Source of the DNA: Vulcanimicrobiota bacterium
GTDB taxonomy: Bacteria > Vulcanimicrobiota > Vulcanimicrobiia > Vulcanimicrobiales > Vulcanimicrobiaceae
Assembly: GCA_963812155.1 (NCBI GenBank)
Contig: CAWETW010000003.1
Coordinates: 896,001-960,000, forward strand
Length of the DNA stretch: 64,000 bases
Direction of reading: 5' to 3'
This document shows, piece by piece, positions 21,263-31,261 of the stretch (within the stretch, counting starts at the first letter, position 1; each line of letters opens with the position of its first letter). The notes below the pieces were generated by a model. The model did not search any database and was not told the origin of the DNA. It was given only the letters and a program-made list of their open reading frames with translations. The position numbers and the translations under genes were made by a program.

Positions 21263-21940
21263 CTACGCCGTCATCCGGGCCATCGGCTTCGCGCTCGTGA
21301 ATCGCTGCGCGAACTCGCTGATCGCTTCAGGCGCGACGATGGCGTTGATTTCGTCGCCTTCTTCGAGCACGAGATCGTCCGAAGCCACCATCACGCCGCC
21401 CGCGGCACGGCGGACGGCCGCGACGCGCACGCCACCGGACCGTTCGAGGTCGGCGATCGTCCTGCCGGCGTCGGCCGAGGCGACAACTGCGGAGATCGAC
21501 GTCAGTTTGCCGAGATCGAACGATCGCAGCGAGTTCCACGGCGCCTCGAGAAGTACGTCGCGAATCAGCTTCGCGCCGACGGTCGTAGGACAGACGGTCT
21601 CCACGCCGAGTTCTTGATACATCTGTCCGCGCGGCGGATCGTAAATGCGCGCGACGACGCGTTTGATTTTAAACATGCGCTGAGCGATGAGCGCCGCCAT
21701 GATGTTTCGGTTATCGCCGTTGGTGACGGCGACGAAGCCGTCGGCGGTCGTCGCGCCGGCTCGCTTGAGCACGTCGAAATCGATTCCGGTGCCGACCACG
21801 ACGTGGCCTTTGAATTTCTGTCCGAGACGCTTGAATGCGGCTGCGTTTTCGTCGATGACGATGACTTCGTGACCGTCAGCGTCGAGGTATTTCGCCAGTG
21901 CGGAGCCGACGCGCCCGCACCCAACGATGAGGTATCTCAT
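21263..21940 (-). CDS. TrkA/KtrA-family RCK protein
   Basis: YLIVGCGRVGS, FVAVTNGDNRNI and VVARIYDP, with a C-terminal RCK_C domain. Confidence 0.92.
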   Translation of the reverse strand: MRYLIVGCGRVGSALAKYLDADGHEVIVIDENAAAFKRLGQKFKGHVVVGTGIDFDVLKRAGATTADGFVAVTNGDNRNIMAALIAQRMFKIKRVVARIYDPPRGQMYQELGVETVCPTTVGAKLIRDVLLEAPWNSLRSFDLGKLTSISAVVASADAGRTIADLERSGGVRVAAVRRAAGGVMVASDDLVLEEGDEINAIVAPEAISEFAQRFTSAKPMARMTA

Positions 21941-22052
21941 GAACGTCCAAGCCCTTTCCCAGGGAAACGGTATTTCCCCTTGGGTCGTTCCGTGAGGCCC
22001 CATCTTGGGAAGGAGGGCTGGGTGGGCTTGCGAATAATCGAGAGTTTTTCAT

Positions 22053-22126
<74 letters not shown>

Positions 22127-22169
22127 AATTCCCCGACTTTCCTTCCCCCAAAGGAATCTCGGAGCAGGC

Positions 22170-22574
22170 TTGTTCTCGAAATTCAGTCCGGCATCGCGGC
22201 GCGTGCTTCGTCTGGCGGAGCAAGAGTGCCGCAATCACAGCCAATACTACATCGGTGCCGAGCATCTGCTGGTTGCATTGCTCGAGGAGCGCGATCCCGA
22301 CATCCTGACCCGGCTGCAAGCGAGCGGCATCGACGTGCGCGAGGCCCACGCCGAAGTGCGCCGCACGCTCGGCAGCGGCGAGGAGCGTCAATGGGAAGGC
22401 ATCCTGGTGACGCCGCGCGTGCGCAAGATCGTCGCCCTGGCCGAGAGCCGGGCGGAGCAGCGCGACATTGCGCCGCTCGATCTCTTCGAAGCGCTGCGCG
22501 CTGAAGGAGGCAGTCTCGCTGCCGAGATACTCCGGCGGGCATCGCCGCGAAACGCCGCGTCAGCCGCGGAGTAG
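22170..22574 (+). CDS. Stand-alone Clp protease N-terminal (Clp_N repeat) protein
   Basis: TTG start after GGAG. FSKFSPASRRVLRLAEQEC, YIGAEHLLVALL and TPRVRKIVALA. Confidence 0.85.
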   Translation: MFSKFSPASRRVLRLAEQECRNHSQYYIGAEHLLVALLEERDPDILTRLQASGIDVREAHAEVRRTLGSGEERQWEGILVTPRVRKIVALAESRAEQRDIAPLDLFEALRAEGGSLAAEILRRASPRNAASAAE

Positions 22575-22583
22575 AGTACTTTC

Positions 22584-23210
22584 GTGGAAGCACTTCAGCA
22601 TTTCGTCGTTTCGCTCGTCGATCAGTATGGCTACGCCGGACTGTTCGTCGCGCTGGCGCTGGGCAACATCGGCGCGCCGATCGGCAGCGAGATCGTGCTC
22701 CCGGTTGCCGGAGGGCTGACGGCAACCGGCCATCTCTACGCGCTCTGGCTGACGATTGCTATCGCCGTAGCCGGCGAGCTGGCCGGCGAGTCGATCGCCT
22801 ATGCGATCGGACGATTCGGAGGAGTGCCCGCGATCGAGCGCTTCGGGAAGTACGTCGGGCTGCATCAGCAGCATCTCACGCGCATTCACGGATTTTTCGA
22901 GCGGTACGGAACGTTTGCCATTTTCATCTGCCGTTTTCTGCCGGTCGTCCGCGGCATCGCCGGCTTCCCGGCCGGCATCGCGGAGATGAACCTCGCGCAC
23001 TTCTACCTGTGGACGCTGCTCGGTTCGACGATCTTCTGTGGGGCGATGATCGTGCTCGGCTACGAATTCGGCGGCCATCTCGACGCCATTTTGCCGTTGC
23101 TCCATCGCAGCGGCGTCGTGGTAGGAGCGATCGCCGTGGTGATCGTGGTGGCGTTCGTAGTGGTGGCGTGGGTGCGGCGTCGCAACGACGTTTCCGCCGA
23201 GGGCGAGTAG
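22584..23210 (+). CDS. DedA family membrane protein
   Basis: PIGSEIVLPVAG, YAIGRFGG, FFERYG and CRFLPVVR. Confidence 0.92.
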   Translation: MEALQHFVVSLVDQYGYAGLFVALALGNIGAPIGSEIVLPVAGGLTATGHLYALWLTIAIAVAGELAGESIAYAIGRFGGVPAIERFGKYVGLHQQHLTRIHGFFERYGTFAIFICRFLPVVRGIAGFPAGIAEMNLAHFYLWTLLGSTIFCGAMIVLGYEFGGHLDAILPLLHRSGVVVGAIAVVIVVAFVVVAWVRRRNDVSAEGE

Positions 23211-23231
23211 CCGCACGGGGCTCGCACATAG

Positions 23232-25193
23232 ATGACGCCGCTCGAGCAGACGCTGGCGCAGATTCCCGACGCTCCCGGCGTCTATCTGATGATGGGCCGC
23301 GACGGCGATATTCTCTACATCGGGAAAGCCGTCTCACTGCGCAATCGCGTGCGCTCCTACTTTCAGGAAAGCGCCGATCACCACATTCGGACCGCCGCGA
23401 TGGTGGAACGCGTCGCCGACGTGCGCACGATCGTGGTGACGAACGAAGTCGAGGCGCTGATTCTCGAAGCGAACCTCATCAAACGCCACCAGCCGCCGTT
23501 CAACGTTCGGCTGCGCGACGACAAGCGTTATCCGTATCTCAAGGTGACGAACGAGCCGTTTCCGCGCGTCGTGTTCACCCGCATGGTCAAAGACGACGGC
23601 GCCCGCTACTTCGGACCCTACACGAACGCGCACGGCCTGCGCGAACTGATCGACCTCATTCGCCTCGTCTTTCCGCTGCGCACGTGCCGCGAGCCGATCG
23701 ACGGCCGCCGGAAGCGTCCGTGCCTGCAGTTTCACATCAAACGCTGCCTCGCGCCTTGCGTCGGCTTTCAAACTGAAGACGAATACGACGCGATGATCGG
23801 CGAGGTCGTGCTTTTCCTCGAGGGCAAACAAGACTCGCTATTGGCGCGGCTGCAGCACGAGATGAGCGATGCCGCCGACAACTATAACTTCGAATCCGCA
23901 GCGCGACTGCGCGATCGCATCGTCCACGTGCGGCGCGTCACCGAAGGTCAGAAGGTCGTCTGGCGGTCGCGCGTCGACATGGACCTGATCGCAATCGCGC
24001 GCGCGCGCGGACAGGCCTGCGTTCAAGTGTTTCTCGTGCGCGGCGGCAAGCTCATCGGCCAGGAACACTTTATTCTCGACGGCGTGCACGATCAGCCCGA
24101 CGCGACGCTCATGGCGGAGTTTTTTAAACAGTTCTACACCGCACGCACCGCGAGCGCACCCGAGAACGTTCGGCTCTCGACCGTGCGAATTGCGCGCGAT
24201 AACCAAGTGCCGGTGCCGGTGAAGGCGCGCGCCCGCACGACGCCGGTTGCCGCGAACGCGGTGCCCAAGGAGATGCTCGTCGCCGAGTTGCCGGACGAGC
24301 GCGCGACGATCGAAGCGTGGCTTTCGACGCTCAAGGGCCAGCGGGTGCGCGTGCTCCAGCCGCAACGTGGCGCGCGCGCCGAATACTTGCGTTTGGTGCG
24401 CGAAAATGCGGAGCAGAACCTCAAGGCATTTCTCGCGCATCAGGAAGTGCAGGAGACGGCGCAGGCGCGTTCGCTCGCCGAACTGGCCGACGCGCTGGAA
24501 TTGCCCGAGCCGCCGCATCGCATCGAATGCTACGACGTCTCGAACATCGGCGGAACGAATCCGGTCGCGTCGATGGTCGTCTTCGTGGAAGGGAGGCCGA
24601 AGAAGAGCGACTACCGGCATTTCAAGATCCAGTACGACCGCGGACCGAACGACTTCGCGATGATGCAGGAAACGCTGCGGCGCCGGCTGCGTTACCTGCG
24701 ACGCGTCACCGACGAAGATGCGCCCCTCGAGCGGGAATTGGCGCGCAAAGAGCGGTTCAACAAGAAGCCCGACCTGCTGTTGATCGACGGCGGTAAGGGC
24801 CAACTCAGCGCCGTCAGCGAGGTTATGGAAGAACTCGACATGACGGGGCTGTCGGTTGCGGGGCTTGCCAAAGAGCACGAGTGGCTCTACCTGCCCGAGC
24901 AGTCCGAGCCGATCGTACTGCCGGCAGGGTCGGCGGGGCTGCATTTGGTGATGCGCATTCGCGACGAAGCTCACCGTTTCGCCGTGACGTACCACCGAAA
25001 GCGCCGCTCGAAGGGCATGACGCGCTCGGCGCTCGATGCGCTCGAAGGTATAGGGCCGGTTCGCAAGAAGCGGATGTTAGCGACCTTCGGGTCAGTGGCG
25101 GCGATCAAACGAGCGAGTCTCGACGAGATCGTTGCCGTCAAGGGGATGACGCCGGCGCTGGCGTCGCGCGTCAAAGCCGCGTTAGGAGAATAA
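23232..25193 (+). CDS. uvrC: Excinuclease ABC subunit C
   Basis: GIY-YIG motifs PGVYLM...YIGKAVSLRNRVRSYF, plus RIECYDVSN, LLIDGGKGQL, RIRDEAHRFA and HhH GIGPVRK. Confidence 0.97.
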   Translation: MTPLEQTLAQIPDAPGVYLMMGRDGDILYIGKAVSLRNRVRSYFQESADHHIRTAAMVERVADVRTIVVTNEVEALILEANLIKRHQPPFNVRLRDDKRYPYLKVTNEPFPRVVFTRMVKDDGARYFGPYTNAHGLRELIDLIRLVFPLRTCREPIDGRRKRPCLQFHIKRCLAPCVGFQTEDEYDAMIGEVVLFLEGKQDSLLARLQHEMSDAADNYNFESAARLRDRIVHVRRVTEGQKVVWRSRVDMDLIAIARARGQACVQVFLVRGGKLIGQEHFILDGVHDQPDATLMAEFFKQFYTARTASAPENVRLSTVRIARDNQVPVPVKARARTTPVAANAVPKEMLVAELPDERATIEAWLSTLKGQRVRVLQPQRGARAEYLRLVRENAEQNLKAFLAHQEVQETAQARSLAELADALELPEPPHRIECYDVSNIGGTNPVASMVVFVEGRPKKSDYRHFKIQYDRGPNDFAMMQETLRRRLRYLRRVTDEDAPLERELARKERFNKKPDLLLIDGGKGQLSAVSEVMEELDMTGLSVAGLAKEHEWLYLPEQSEPIVLPAGSAGLHLVMRIRDEAHRFAVTYHRKRRSKGMTRSALDALEGIGPVRKKRMLATFGSVAAIKRASLDEIVAVKGMTPALASRVKAALGE

Positions 25194-25197
25194 AGAG

Positions 25198-25581
25198 ATG
25201 CATCTTTTGATCCGCTTCATCGTCAATGCCATCGTGTTATGGCTGGTGATTTCACTGGTTCCCGGATTTCATAACAGTGCGGGGATGACGGGTTTCGGCG
25301 CCTTCGGCGTGGGAACGGTGGTACTGCTCGCCATCATCTTCGGCATCGTGAACATGCTGATTGGGCCGATCCTGCGCTTGATCAGCGCCCCGATTACATG
25401 GCTGACGCACGGCCTCTTCCTGGTCGTCGTCGACTGGATTCTACTCGGACTGGCAGTCTGGATAACGCCGAACCTCAAGGGCGGTTGGCTGCCGACCCTA
25501 ATCGGCGCCATCGTGCTCATGATCATCGGCACGCTGGTGACGATGGCTTGGAACCCCGAGGGGCAGGCCACCGCCGTATAA
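25198..25581 (+). CDS. Four-TM membrane protein (YvlD/'phage holin' family)
   Basis: LLIRFIVNAIVLW and IFGIVNMLIGPILRLISAPITWLTHGLFLVVVD. Confidence 0.8.
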   Translation: MHLLIRFIVNAIVLWLVISLVPGFHNSAGMTGFGAFGVGTVVLLAIIFGIVNMLIGPILRLISAPITWLTHGLFLVVVDWILLGLAVWITPNLKGGWLPTLIGAIVLMIIGTLVTMAWNPEGQATAV

Positions 25582-25595
25582 ACGGTCCCTTCGAT

Positions 25596-25643
25596 GCAAG
25601 CGCCGGCCGGGGGGAACCTCCAGGCCGGCGTTTGTGTTATAGT
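25596..25643 (+). terminator. Hairpin terminator candidate overlapping the extended -10 (TGTTATAGT, 25635-25643) of the tmRNA promoter
   Basis: Stem GCAAGCGCCGGCC/GGCCGGCGTTTGT followed by a T-rich run. TGnTATAGT ends 14 nt before the tmRNA 5' end. Confidence 0.5.
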
Positions 25644-25657
25644 ATGCGTCTGGTCGT

Positions 25658-26012
25658 GGGGCTGAAGTAGTTTCGACAGGGGGATCCGCGATCGGTGTCA
25701 GCAGGCGGAGTTGCGAGCTCTCCTAAAACGATCGCAACGGCAATAACTGCCAACAACGAATACGCACTGGCTGCCTAATCTAGGCTAGTCACCGGACGCG
25801 GAGAGTCGGCCCGAACCGCTCCGCACTCCGGCCGCAAACTCGGGCTGGTACGCGCGCCCGATCTGACGCGCGTACGAGATGAAGGATCTGCAGCGCACGG
25901 TAAGCCCCGCTTTGAGGCGTCCGCGCGATCAAGCTAAATTCGAAGCTGAGCCTGGAGAACGCGCCGGTTAGGCTTTCTGGACTCGGGGGGCAGCACCCCG
26001 ACAGCTCCACCA
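25658..26012 (+). ncRNA. ssrA: tmRNA, one-piece; tag peptide (A)ANNEYALAA*
   Basis: 5' GGGGCTGAAGTAGTTTCGACAGG and 3' CAGCTCCACCA form an acceptor stem with the G3-U wobble. Resume context ATAACT GCC AAC AAC GAA TAC GCA CTG GCT GCC TAA. Confidence 0.96.
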
Positions 26013-26021
26013 GATTTTGCG

Positions 26022-26057
26022 AAGCCCGGTGACGTATCGTTACCGGGCTTTTGTTTT
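26022..26057 (+). terminator. Rho-independent terminator after tmRNA
   Basis: AAGCCCGGTGACG-TAT-CGTTACCGGGCTT followed by TTGTTTT. Confidence 0.85.
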
Positions 26058-26082
26058 GCCTCCCGAGCGAATGTGAGAGATT

Positions 26083-26733
26083 TCAGAAGTTATTCGTTAG
26101 AACTTCCTGGAGCGCCGGGGCGTGAAGTAAATCGCCGGCGATGGGCGGGCATGCCGGCGCCGGCTTTGGCGCACCTGCGGCGGCCGAGTTCGTAATCCAG
26201 CATTTGCCCGGAAGAATCGCACAATAGCAAGTCACCATGTTGAAGCGGCCGAGCCCATTGAGCAGCGCGGTGGCGTAGCGCTTGCCGGTAAACGAAAAGG
26301 CCAGGCTCGTATCCCCGGGCCGAATCACCGAGCCGGGCTGGGCGCTGTCGATGGTCAACCCGAGGCGCTCCCCTTTGCCGGATCGTGCGACGATATTCGG
26401 TCCCAGGATGGCATGAAGGATGTCGATGAAGTTCGACTTCGGGACGCCGTCCACGGTGGCTTTGGCACTTCCGAGGATCGCCGGACCAAGACCGTCGTTG
26501 GAAAGATGAATCTCGACGCGGTCGTTGCGGAAACCCTCACTCAACGAAACGTATGGCCACACCTGCGCGCCAAGTTGGTCCTGCAAAACCTTTGTCTGCG
26601 TCTGGAGCACGCGTGCCTGCCACCACGATGCGCCGGCAGCCAACGTGGAAATCAGCAGCGCACACAGGGCGATGACGAAATCGAAGCGGAGTCCCCGCTC
26701 GACCTTCGCAACGGGATCGTTCCTTCGGGCCAT
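26083..26733 (-). CDS. Hypothetical membrane-anchored protein
   Basis: Start overlaps the upstream stop (TAATG). One N-terminal TM helix, QVWPYV, LSNDGLGPAIL and CYCAILPGKCW. Confidence 0.7.
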   Translation of the reverse strand: MARRNDPVAKVERGLRFDFVIALCALLISTLAAGASWWQARVLQTQTKVLQDQLGAQVWPYVSLSEGFRNDRVEIHLSNDGLGPAILGSAKATVDGVPKSNFIDILHAILGPNIVARSGKGERLGLTIDSAQPGSVIRPGDTSLAFSFTGKRYATALLNGLGRFNMVTCYCAILPGKCWITNSAAAGAPKPAPACPPIAGDLLHAPALQEVLTNNF

Positions 26734-28184
26734 TATGGTGCTCCCGTATACCCGGGCTTGTACGGCCCCTCGAAACCATCGGGCAGAATCAACGGCGGAC
26801 GAGGCGGTTGCGCGAAGTCGAAGTCGTTGCGCAAATCGCCTAACAGTCTGAAGTTTTCGGGCACGCCGGGACGCGAATCGGGGCGCCCGTCGGTTTGCGG
26901 ATCGATGCGCAGGCTGTCGAGGAAATCGTCCTCGATGAACTTGACGTAGGCGTCGTGACTGAGGGTTTGATGATCGACGTACGCCCTGCGCGCATACGCA
27001 CTGATAACCAGACCTGGCACGCGCAACCCGTATCCCAAGGCGTTGACTTTCGGCGGAGCGACGTGATCGTAAAACCCGCCCCAATCGTCCCAGCTGAGGA
27101 AGATCGCGGTCGAATTCCAATACTTGCTGCGAGCAATTGCATTGACGATACCCGCGACGTACGCCTGCCCCGTGCTGAGTAACCCAGGAGGGTGCTCGCT
27201 GTAGCGGTTAGACGGCGTGAGCCATACGACCGACGGCAACGTTCCATTTGCGACGTCGCTGAAGAAGAACGACGTGTCTTTGACGTTGCCGAGCTCGCCG
27301 TCGGCTTTTACGTCCGTGAAGTTCGGCAAAGGATTCCAAATGCCGGGCGTCCGCGCGGTTTGCGGCTTGAGCCGGCAACTTTGCTGATCGCCGTCGCAGT
27401 CCGGTTCGAATCCGTCCATTACGTAGTAGGCCCACGAAACGTGATGCGCGTGTAAGAGATAGGTCAGATCCGTCCACGCATAGGAGGGTCTGCCGGGGAT
27501 TCGATCCTTTCGATCGAGCAAATCGCGTGGGAGTTCGTCGTCGTCGTTATCCTTGCGGTCGGACGCGCAACTCATCGGATCGCCGGCCGTTTTACATTGG
27601 GCCGCCCATTCAGACACCATGTACTGATGTGCGGGTAAACTCCACGACGCCACCGGTGAAAACATCCGATCCTGCAAAACGAAGTTTTGGGCGTACGCCC
27701 AATAATCGGGAAGCTCGCGCTGCGTGTGATACCCCATGACGGTCGTTTCGCGCCCGCGTACGACGCACGTCGGAATGTCGGTCGGGCACCCGCCGGTACC
27801 TTTGGCGCCCTGCATGATCCGAACGAAACCATCCATCTTGCCCCCGTCGATGTCTGCGTCGGCGGCCTTGGCGCCGTGCGGCCCTCCCAAATTTTCGTCG
27901 GCGGTCTCGTGGTACGGGCGAATACAAGAGCCGCGTCCGTTCGGAACGCACACCGTCGGAACGCCGTCACGCATCGCGATGCCGTCGGCACCGGGATACG
28001 TCCCGAAATAGCTGTCGAACGAGCGATTCTCTTGCATGATGATGACGACGTGCTCGATCTTGTGAATCCCGTCGTTTGGCGGATTGGGCGGAGCGGCTCC
28101 GGCGCTCGCAAGAAGCAGGAGCGTCGCCTGAGCGACGGTGCCTATGCGCGAGGACACGGCATCCAAGCGAAACATACCACTCAT
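26733..28184 (-). CDS. Secreted phosphoesterase/phospholipase C family protein
   Basis: [48 protein letters not shown] and [13 protein letters not shown]. Confidence 0.92.
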   Translation of the reverse strand: MSGMFRLDAVSSRIGTVAQATLLLLASAGAAPPNPPNDGIHKIEHVVIIMQENRSFDSYFGTYPGADGIAMRDGVPTVCVPNGRGSCIRPYHETADENLGGPHGAKAADADIDGGKMDGFVRIMQGAKGTGGCPTDIPTCVVRGRETTVMGYHTQRELPDYWAYAQNFVLQDRMFSPVASWSLPAHQYMVSEWAAQCKTAGDPMSCASDRKDNDDDELPRDLLDRKDRIPGRPSYAWTDLTYLLHAHHVSWAYYVMDGFEPDCDGDQQSCRLKPQTARTPGIWNPLPNFTDVKADGELGNVKDTSFFFSDVANGTLPSVVWLTPSNRYSEHPPGLLSTGQAYVAGIVNAIARSKYWNSTAIFLSWDDWGGFYDHVAPPKVNALGYGLRVPGLVISAYARRAYVDHQTLSHDAYVKFIEDDFLDSLRIDPQTDGRPDSRPGVPENFRLLGDLRNDFDFAQPPRPPLILPDGFEGPYKPGYTGAP

Positions 28185-28188
28185 ACTT

Positions 28189-29532
28189 TTAGGGAGTCAG
28201 TCTGAAAACCGTTCCGCAGCCGCTGGCTCCGCCGGGTCCGCCGTCGGAGCATTGCGTACCAGCGCCGCCGGAGCGAGTCGTTCCGTACAGCGCGCCGCCG
28301 GAATCCATAAGAAGATTGGTCTGCTGCGGTTCGGCGCCGTTCACCGGTCTTTTGAAGGCGAGTAGGACCCCAAACTCATAGTGCGATCCTGACGGCACGA
28401 GAGAAAAGACCGTCCCGCAGCCGATGCCGTTACAGCCTCCTCCGCCGAGAGCCGCGGTTCCGTAGAGCGTGCCGCCGCGCTGTAGCAACAGCGTTCCTTC
28501 CGGCAAGAATCCGTCGTTTTTCCCATTGAAACTGTACAGCACCGATTCTGAGTACGACGCACCGTGCGGCGACAGTTTGAATACCGTGCCGTCGGTAAAA
28601 GCACCGCCCCAAAACGTCGTTCCGAACACTACGCCGGTTCGTTCGTTGACGGTGAGCGTTCCGAACGGAAGGTTACCGTCGGAACCGGTAAACGCGTGGA
28701 TGACGCGTTCGGAGTAGCCCGACCCGGCGGGCGTGAGTTCGAAGACCGTCCCGCAGCCGCCGGCGCTGCCGCAGTAGCCTTGGGTGCCGCCTCCGTACAT
28801 CGTCGTTCCGTAGATGTTGCCGTGCTTGTCGATCGTCAATCCGGCTTGGGGCAAATTGCCGCCGGAACCGCCGGGAAAGCTGTAAACGATGCTTTCCTTG
28901 TAACCCGAGCCGCGCGGAGTCAGTCGAAAAATCGTGCCGGCGTTGCGCGCACCGCCAAAGGACGTGACACCGAAAATCGAGCCGTCGCCGGCAACGACGG
29001 GCGGACCAATCGGCTCCCAGCCGTCAGGGCTTCCTTTGAAACGATAAAGCACGCGCTCGGTGTCGCCCGATGCGCCCGGCGTCAACTCGTACACGGTTCC
29101 CCAGCCGTTGCCGCCGTTGCCTGAACTGCCTCCAAGAAACGTGATGCCGTAGATGACGCCCTTTGCGCCGGCGACGATTCCCCAGGGCGATATGCCGTCG
29201 AGGCCGCCGTTGAAGTCGTAGACGATGGTTTCGGCGTAGCCCGAGGATGCGGGGGTAAGTTTAAAGACGCATCCCGCGCCCTTGCCGCCGAAGAGCGTCG
29301 TGCCGTAGATCGCGCCGGCTTTGCCCGAGAGCATGTTACTGACCGGACCGGCGCCGTCGGCACCGCTGAAGCTATGGAGAACGGTTTCCGTCGCCATACC
29401 GGCGGATGCAGTCTCCGGCGCTCCACGTGCGGCTTCATCTTTTGGAGTGAAAGGCACGTTGCCCGACGAGCACGCTGCCAGGGACACGAACAACGCCGCG
29501 AATAGCGCCGTTAGCCAACGTACTCCAAGCAT
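28189..29532 (-). CDS. Lipoprotein with tandem Gloeo_Verruco/GloVer-type repeats (probable beta-propeller)
   Basis: Lipobox LAAC. About seven repeats of YxFxGxxDGxxP...YGTTxxGG...GTVFxLTP. Confidence 0.85.
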   Translation of the reverse strand: MLGVRWLTALFAALFVSLAACSSGNVPFTPKDEAARGAPETASAGMATETVLHSFSGADGAGPVSNMLSGKAGAIYGTTLFGGKGAGCVFKLTPASSGYAETIVYDFNGGLDGISPWGIVAGAKGVIYGITFLGGSSGNGGNGWGTVYELTPGASGDTERVLYRFKGSPDGWEPIGPPVVAGDGSIFGVTSFGGARNAGTIFRLTPRGSGYKESIVYSFPGGSGGNLPQAGLTIDKHGNIYGTTMYGGGTQGYCGSAGGCGTVFELTPAGSGYSERVIHAFTGSDGNLPFGTLTVNERTGVVFGTTFWGGAFTDGTVFKLSPHGASYSESVLYSFNGKNDGFLPEGTLLLQRGGTLYGTAALGGGGCNGIGCGTVFSLVPSGSHYEFGVLLAFKRPVNGAEPQQTNLLMDSGGALYGTTRSGGAGTQCSDGGPGGASGCGTVFRLTP

Positions 29533-29588
29533 TTTGCGTCCTTCCGATGAGATGGAGGCAATCGCGCAATGACGAACGAGAAGCGCGC

Positions 29589-29906
29589 ATGAAGCGTTCG
29601 CCGTTGGTCACCGCCGCTCTTGTGCTCGCGGTCCTGGCAGGTCGCGTTACGGACGCGACGACAGGACAGCCCCTGCCCCACGTGACGATAGCGATCGGGT
29701 CGCACCACGCGAACACCGACGCGCACGGTGCTTACCGCCTGACCGGACTATCGCCTGGCCGCCATACGTTATTGGCAAGTTCCGACGACGTGCCGCCGCA
29801 ACGCCGCGACATCGTCGTGAAGGCGCAGGGTGCGGATACAATCCTCAACCTCGTGCTCTGCAGCACGACGTTGGATTACGGCTGCGGCGCCGCCGGCCCG
29901 GGCTAG
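29589..29906 (+). CDS. Small secreted carboxypeptidase-regulatory-like domain protein
   Basis: GRVTDATTGQPLPHVTI and TDAHGAYRLTGLSPGRHTL. Confidence 0.75.
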   Translation: MKRSPLVTAALVLAVLAGRVTDATTGQPLPHVTIAIGSHHANTDAHGAYRLTGLSPGRHTLLASSDDVPPQRRDIVVKAQGADTILNLVLCSTTLDYGCGAAGPG

Positions 29907-29976
29907 TACTTCAGCAGTCGCCTTTCGTAAACGCCAACGCGCCGGAGTCGATCCGCCTCGGTGCGCTCTGATGCTC

Positions 29977-31182
29977 TTACTCGAGCTTTTCCATGACGCG
30001 CAGCGATGGAAAGAACCGCATCCAGAGCAAGGCAATGGCGACGCTGGCTATGCCGCCGAGTAGGGCGGAGGGGACGGCGCCGAGCAGCGCCGCGACGGTT
30101 CCGCTTTCGAAAGCGCCGAGTTGGTTCGATGCGTTGATGAAGAGAAAGTTGACGGCGCCGACGCGGCCGCGCATTGCATCGGGGGTACGCAGCGCAACGA
30201 GTGCCGAGCGAATGACCACGCTGATCGTGTCGGCCGCGCCCAAGACGGCCAGGGCGGCGAGCGAGATCCAAAACGAACGCGAAAGCGCGAACGCAATCGT
30301 CGCAACGCCGAAGACGATCACGGCACCGAACATGCGCGGACCGGCACGCCGGGAGATCGAACGGCGCGCCAAGACGACCGTCATGAGCAGAGCGCCGGCG
30401 GCCGGTGCGGCGCGCAAGATGCCTAATCCGAAGGAGCCGACGTGAAGGATGTCGCGCGCGTAGATGGGCAACAGTGCGGTCGCGCCGCCGAAGAGGACCG
30501 CAAAGAGATCGAGCGAGATTGCGCCCAAGATCGCGGGCTGGCTGCGAATAAACGCCACGCCGGCCCAGAGCTCGTGGACAGTACGCGATTCGCGCGAAGC
30601 TTCGATGACGCGCCTCGTTCCGGCGATCGAACCGCTGAGGATCGCCGCGATCGCCCAGAAGCCAAACATGAGCGCGAACGGCATCGTCGGCGACAAGGCG
30701 TAAAGCAGTCCGCCGGCCGCGGGTCCCGCAATCGTCGCAAACTGCAAACCGCCCGACGCGAGCGCGGCGCCGCGCTGGAGGGTATCGCGCTCCGTTACGG
30801 CGGCGAGCATGGCGGACGTGGCCGGGCTTTCGAACGCGTCCGCGACGCCGAGGACGGCGACGGCCGCAAACATTGCCGGCACGGTCAAGCGGTGTTCTAA
30901 ACTTCCCCACACCAGAAATGCCGCGACGACGCCTTGAGCGATCTGGCACGCTTGCATCACGCGCCGCCGGCTGAACCGGTCTGCGGCCGAGCCCGTGAGG
31001 AAGACGAGCAATGCCGTAGGAAGAAACTGCACCAAGCCCGCCATGCCCAAATCGAAAGCGCTGTGCGTGAGCGCGTAGATGTGCCAGCCGATCGCGACGG
31101 CCGCTACTTGATACGAAAATTCGGAGAAGAAGCGCGCGCCGAGATAGACGAGATACGGCGGGTGGCGAAGCGGACTCTTCAC
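29977..31182 (-). CDS. MFS transporter (EntS/macrolide efflux-like)
   Basis: About 12 TM helices. GSAADRFSRRRV, LDLFAVLFGGATALLP and TPDAMRGRV. Confidence 0.92.
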   Translation of the reverse strand: MKSPLRHPPYLVYLGARFFSEFSYQVAAVAIGWHIYALTHSAFDLGMAGLVQFLPTALLVFLTGSAADRFSRRRVMQACQIAQGVVAAFLVWGSLEHRLTVPAMFAAVAVLGVADAFESPATSAMLAAVTERDTLQRGAALASGGLQFATIAGPAAGGLLYALSPTMPFALMFGFWAIAAILSGSIAGTRRVIEASRESRTVHELWAGVAFIRSQPAILGAISLDLFAVLFGGATALLPIYARDILHVGSFGLGILRAAPAAGALLMTVVLARRSISRRAGPRMFGAVIVFGVATIAFALSRSFWISLAALAVLGAADTISVVIRSALVALRTPDAMRGRVGAVNFLFINASNQLGAFESGTVAALLGAVPSALLGGIASVAIALLWMRFFPSLRVMEKLE

Positions 31183-31261
31183 AGGCCACCAGGACGCTCG
31201 ACGAAGAGCTTGGAGTTGCGGGCATTGGCGGCGCCGGGTTCGGAGTTGCTATGCTGAAAGC

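Noticed and set aside
25198..25581. Prophage inferred from a 'phage holin' family gene
   Set aside because: This membrane family is commonly chromosomal near uvr genes, and no endolysin or structural genes are present.
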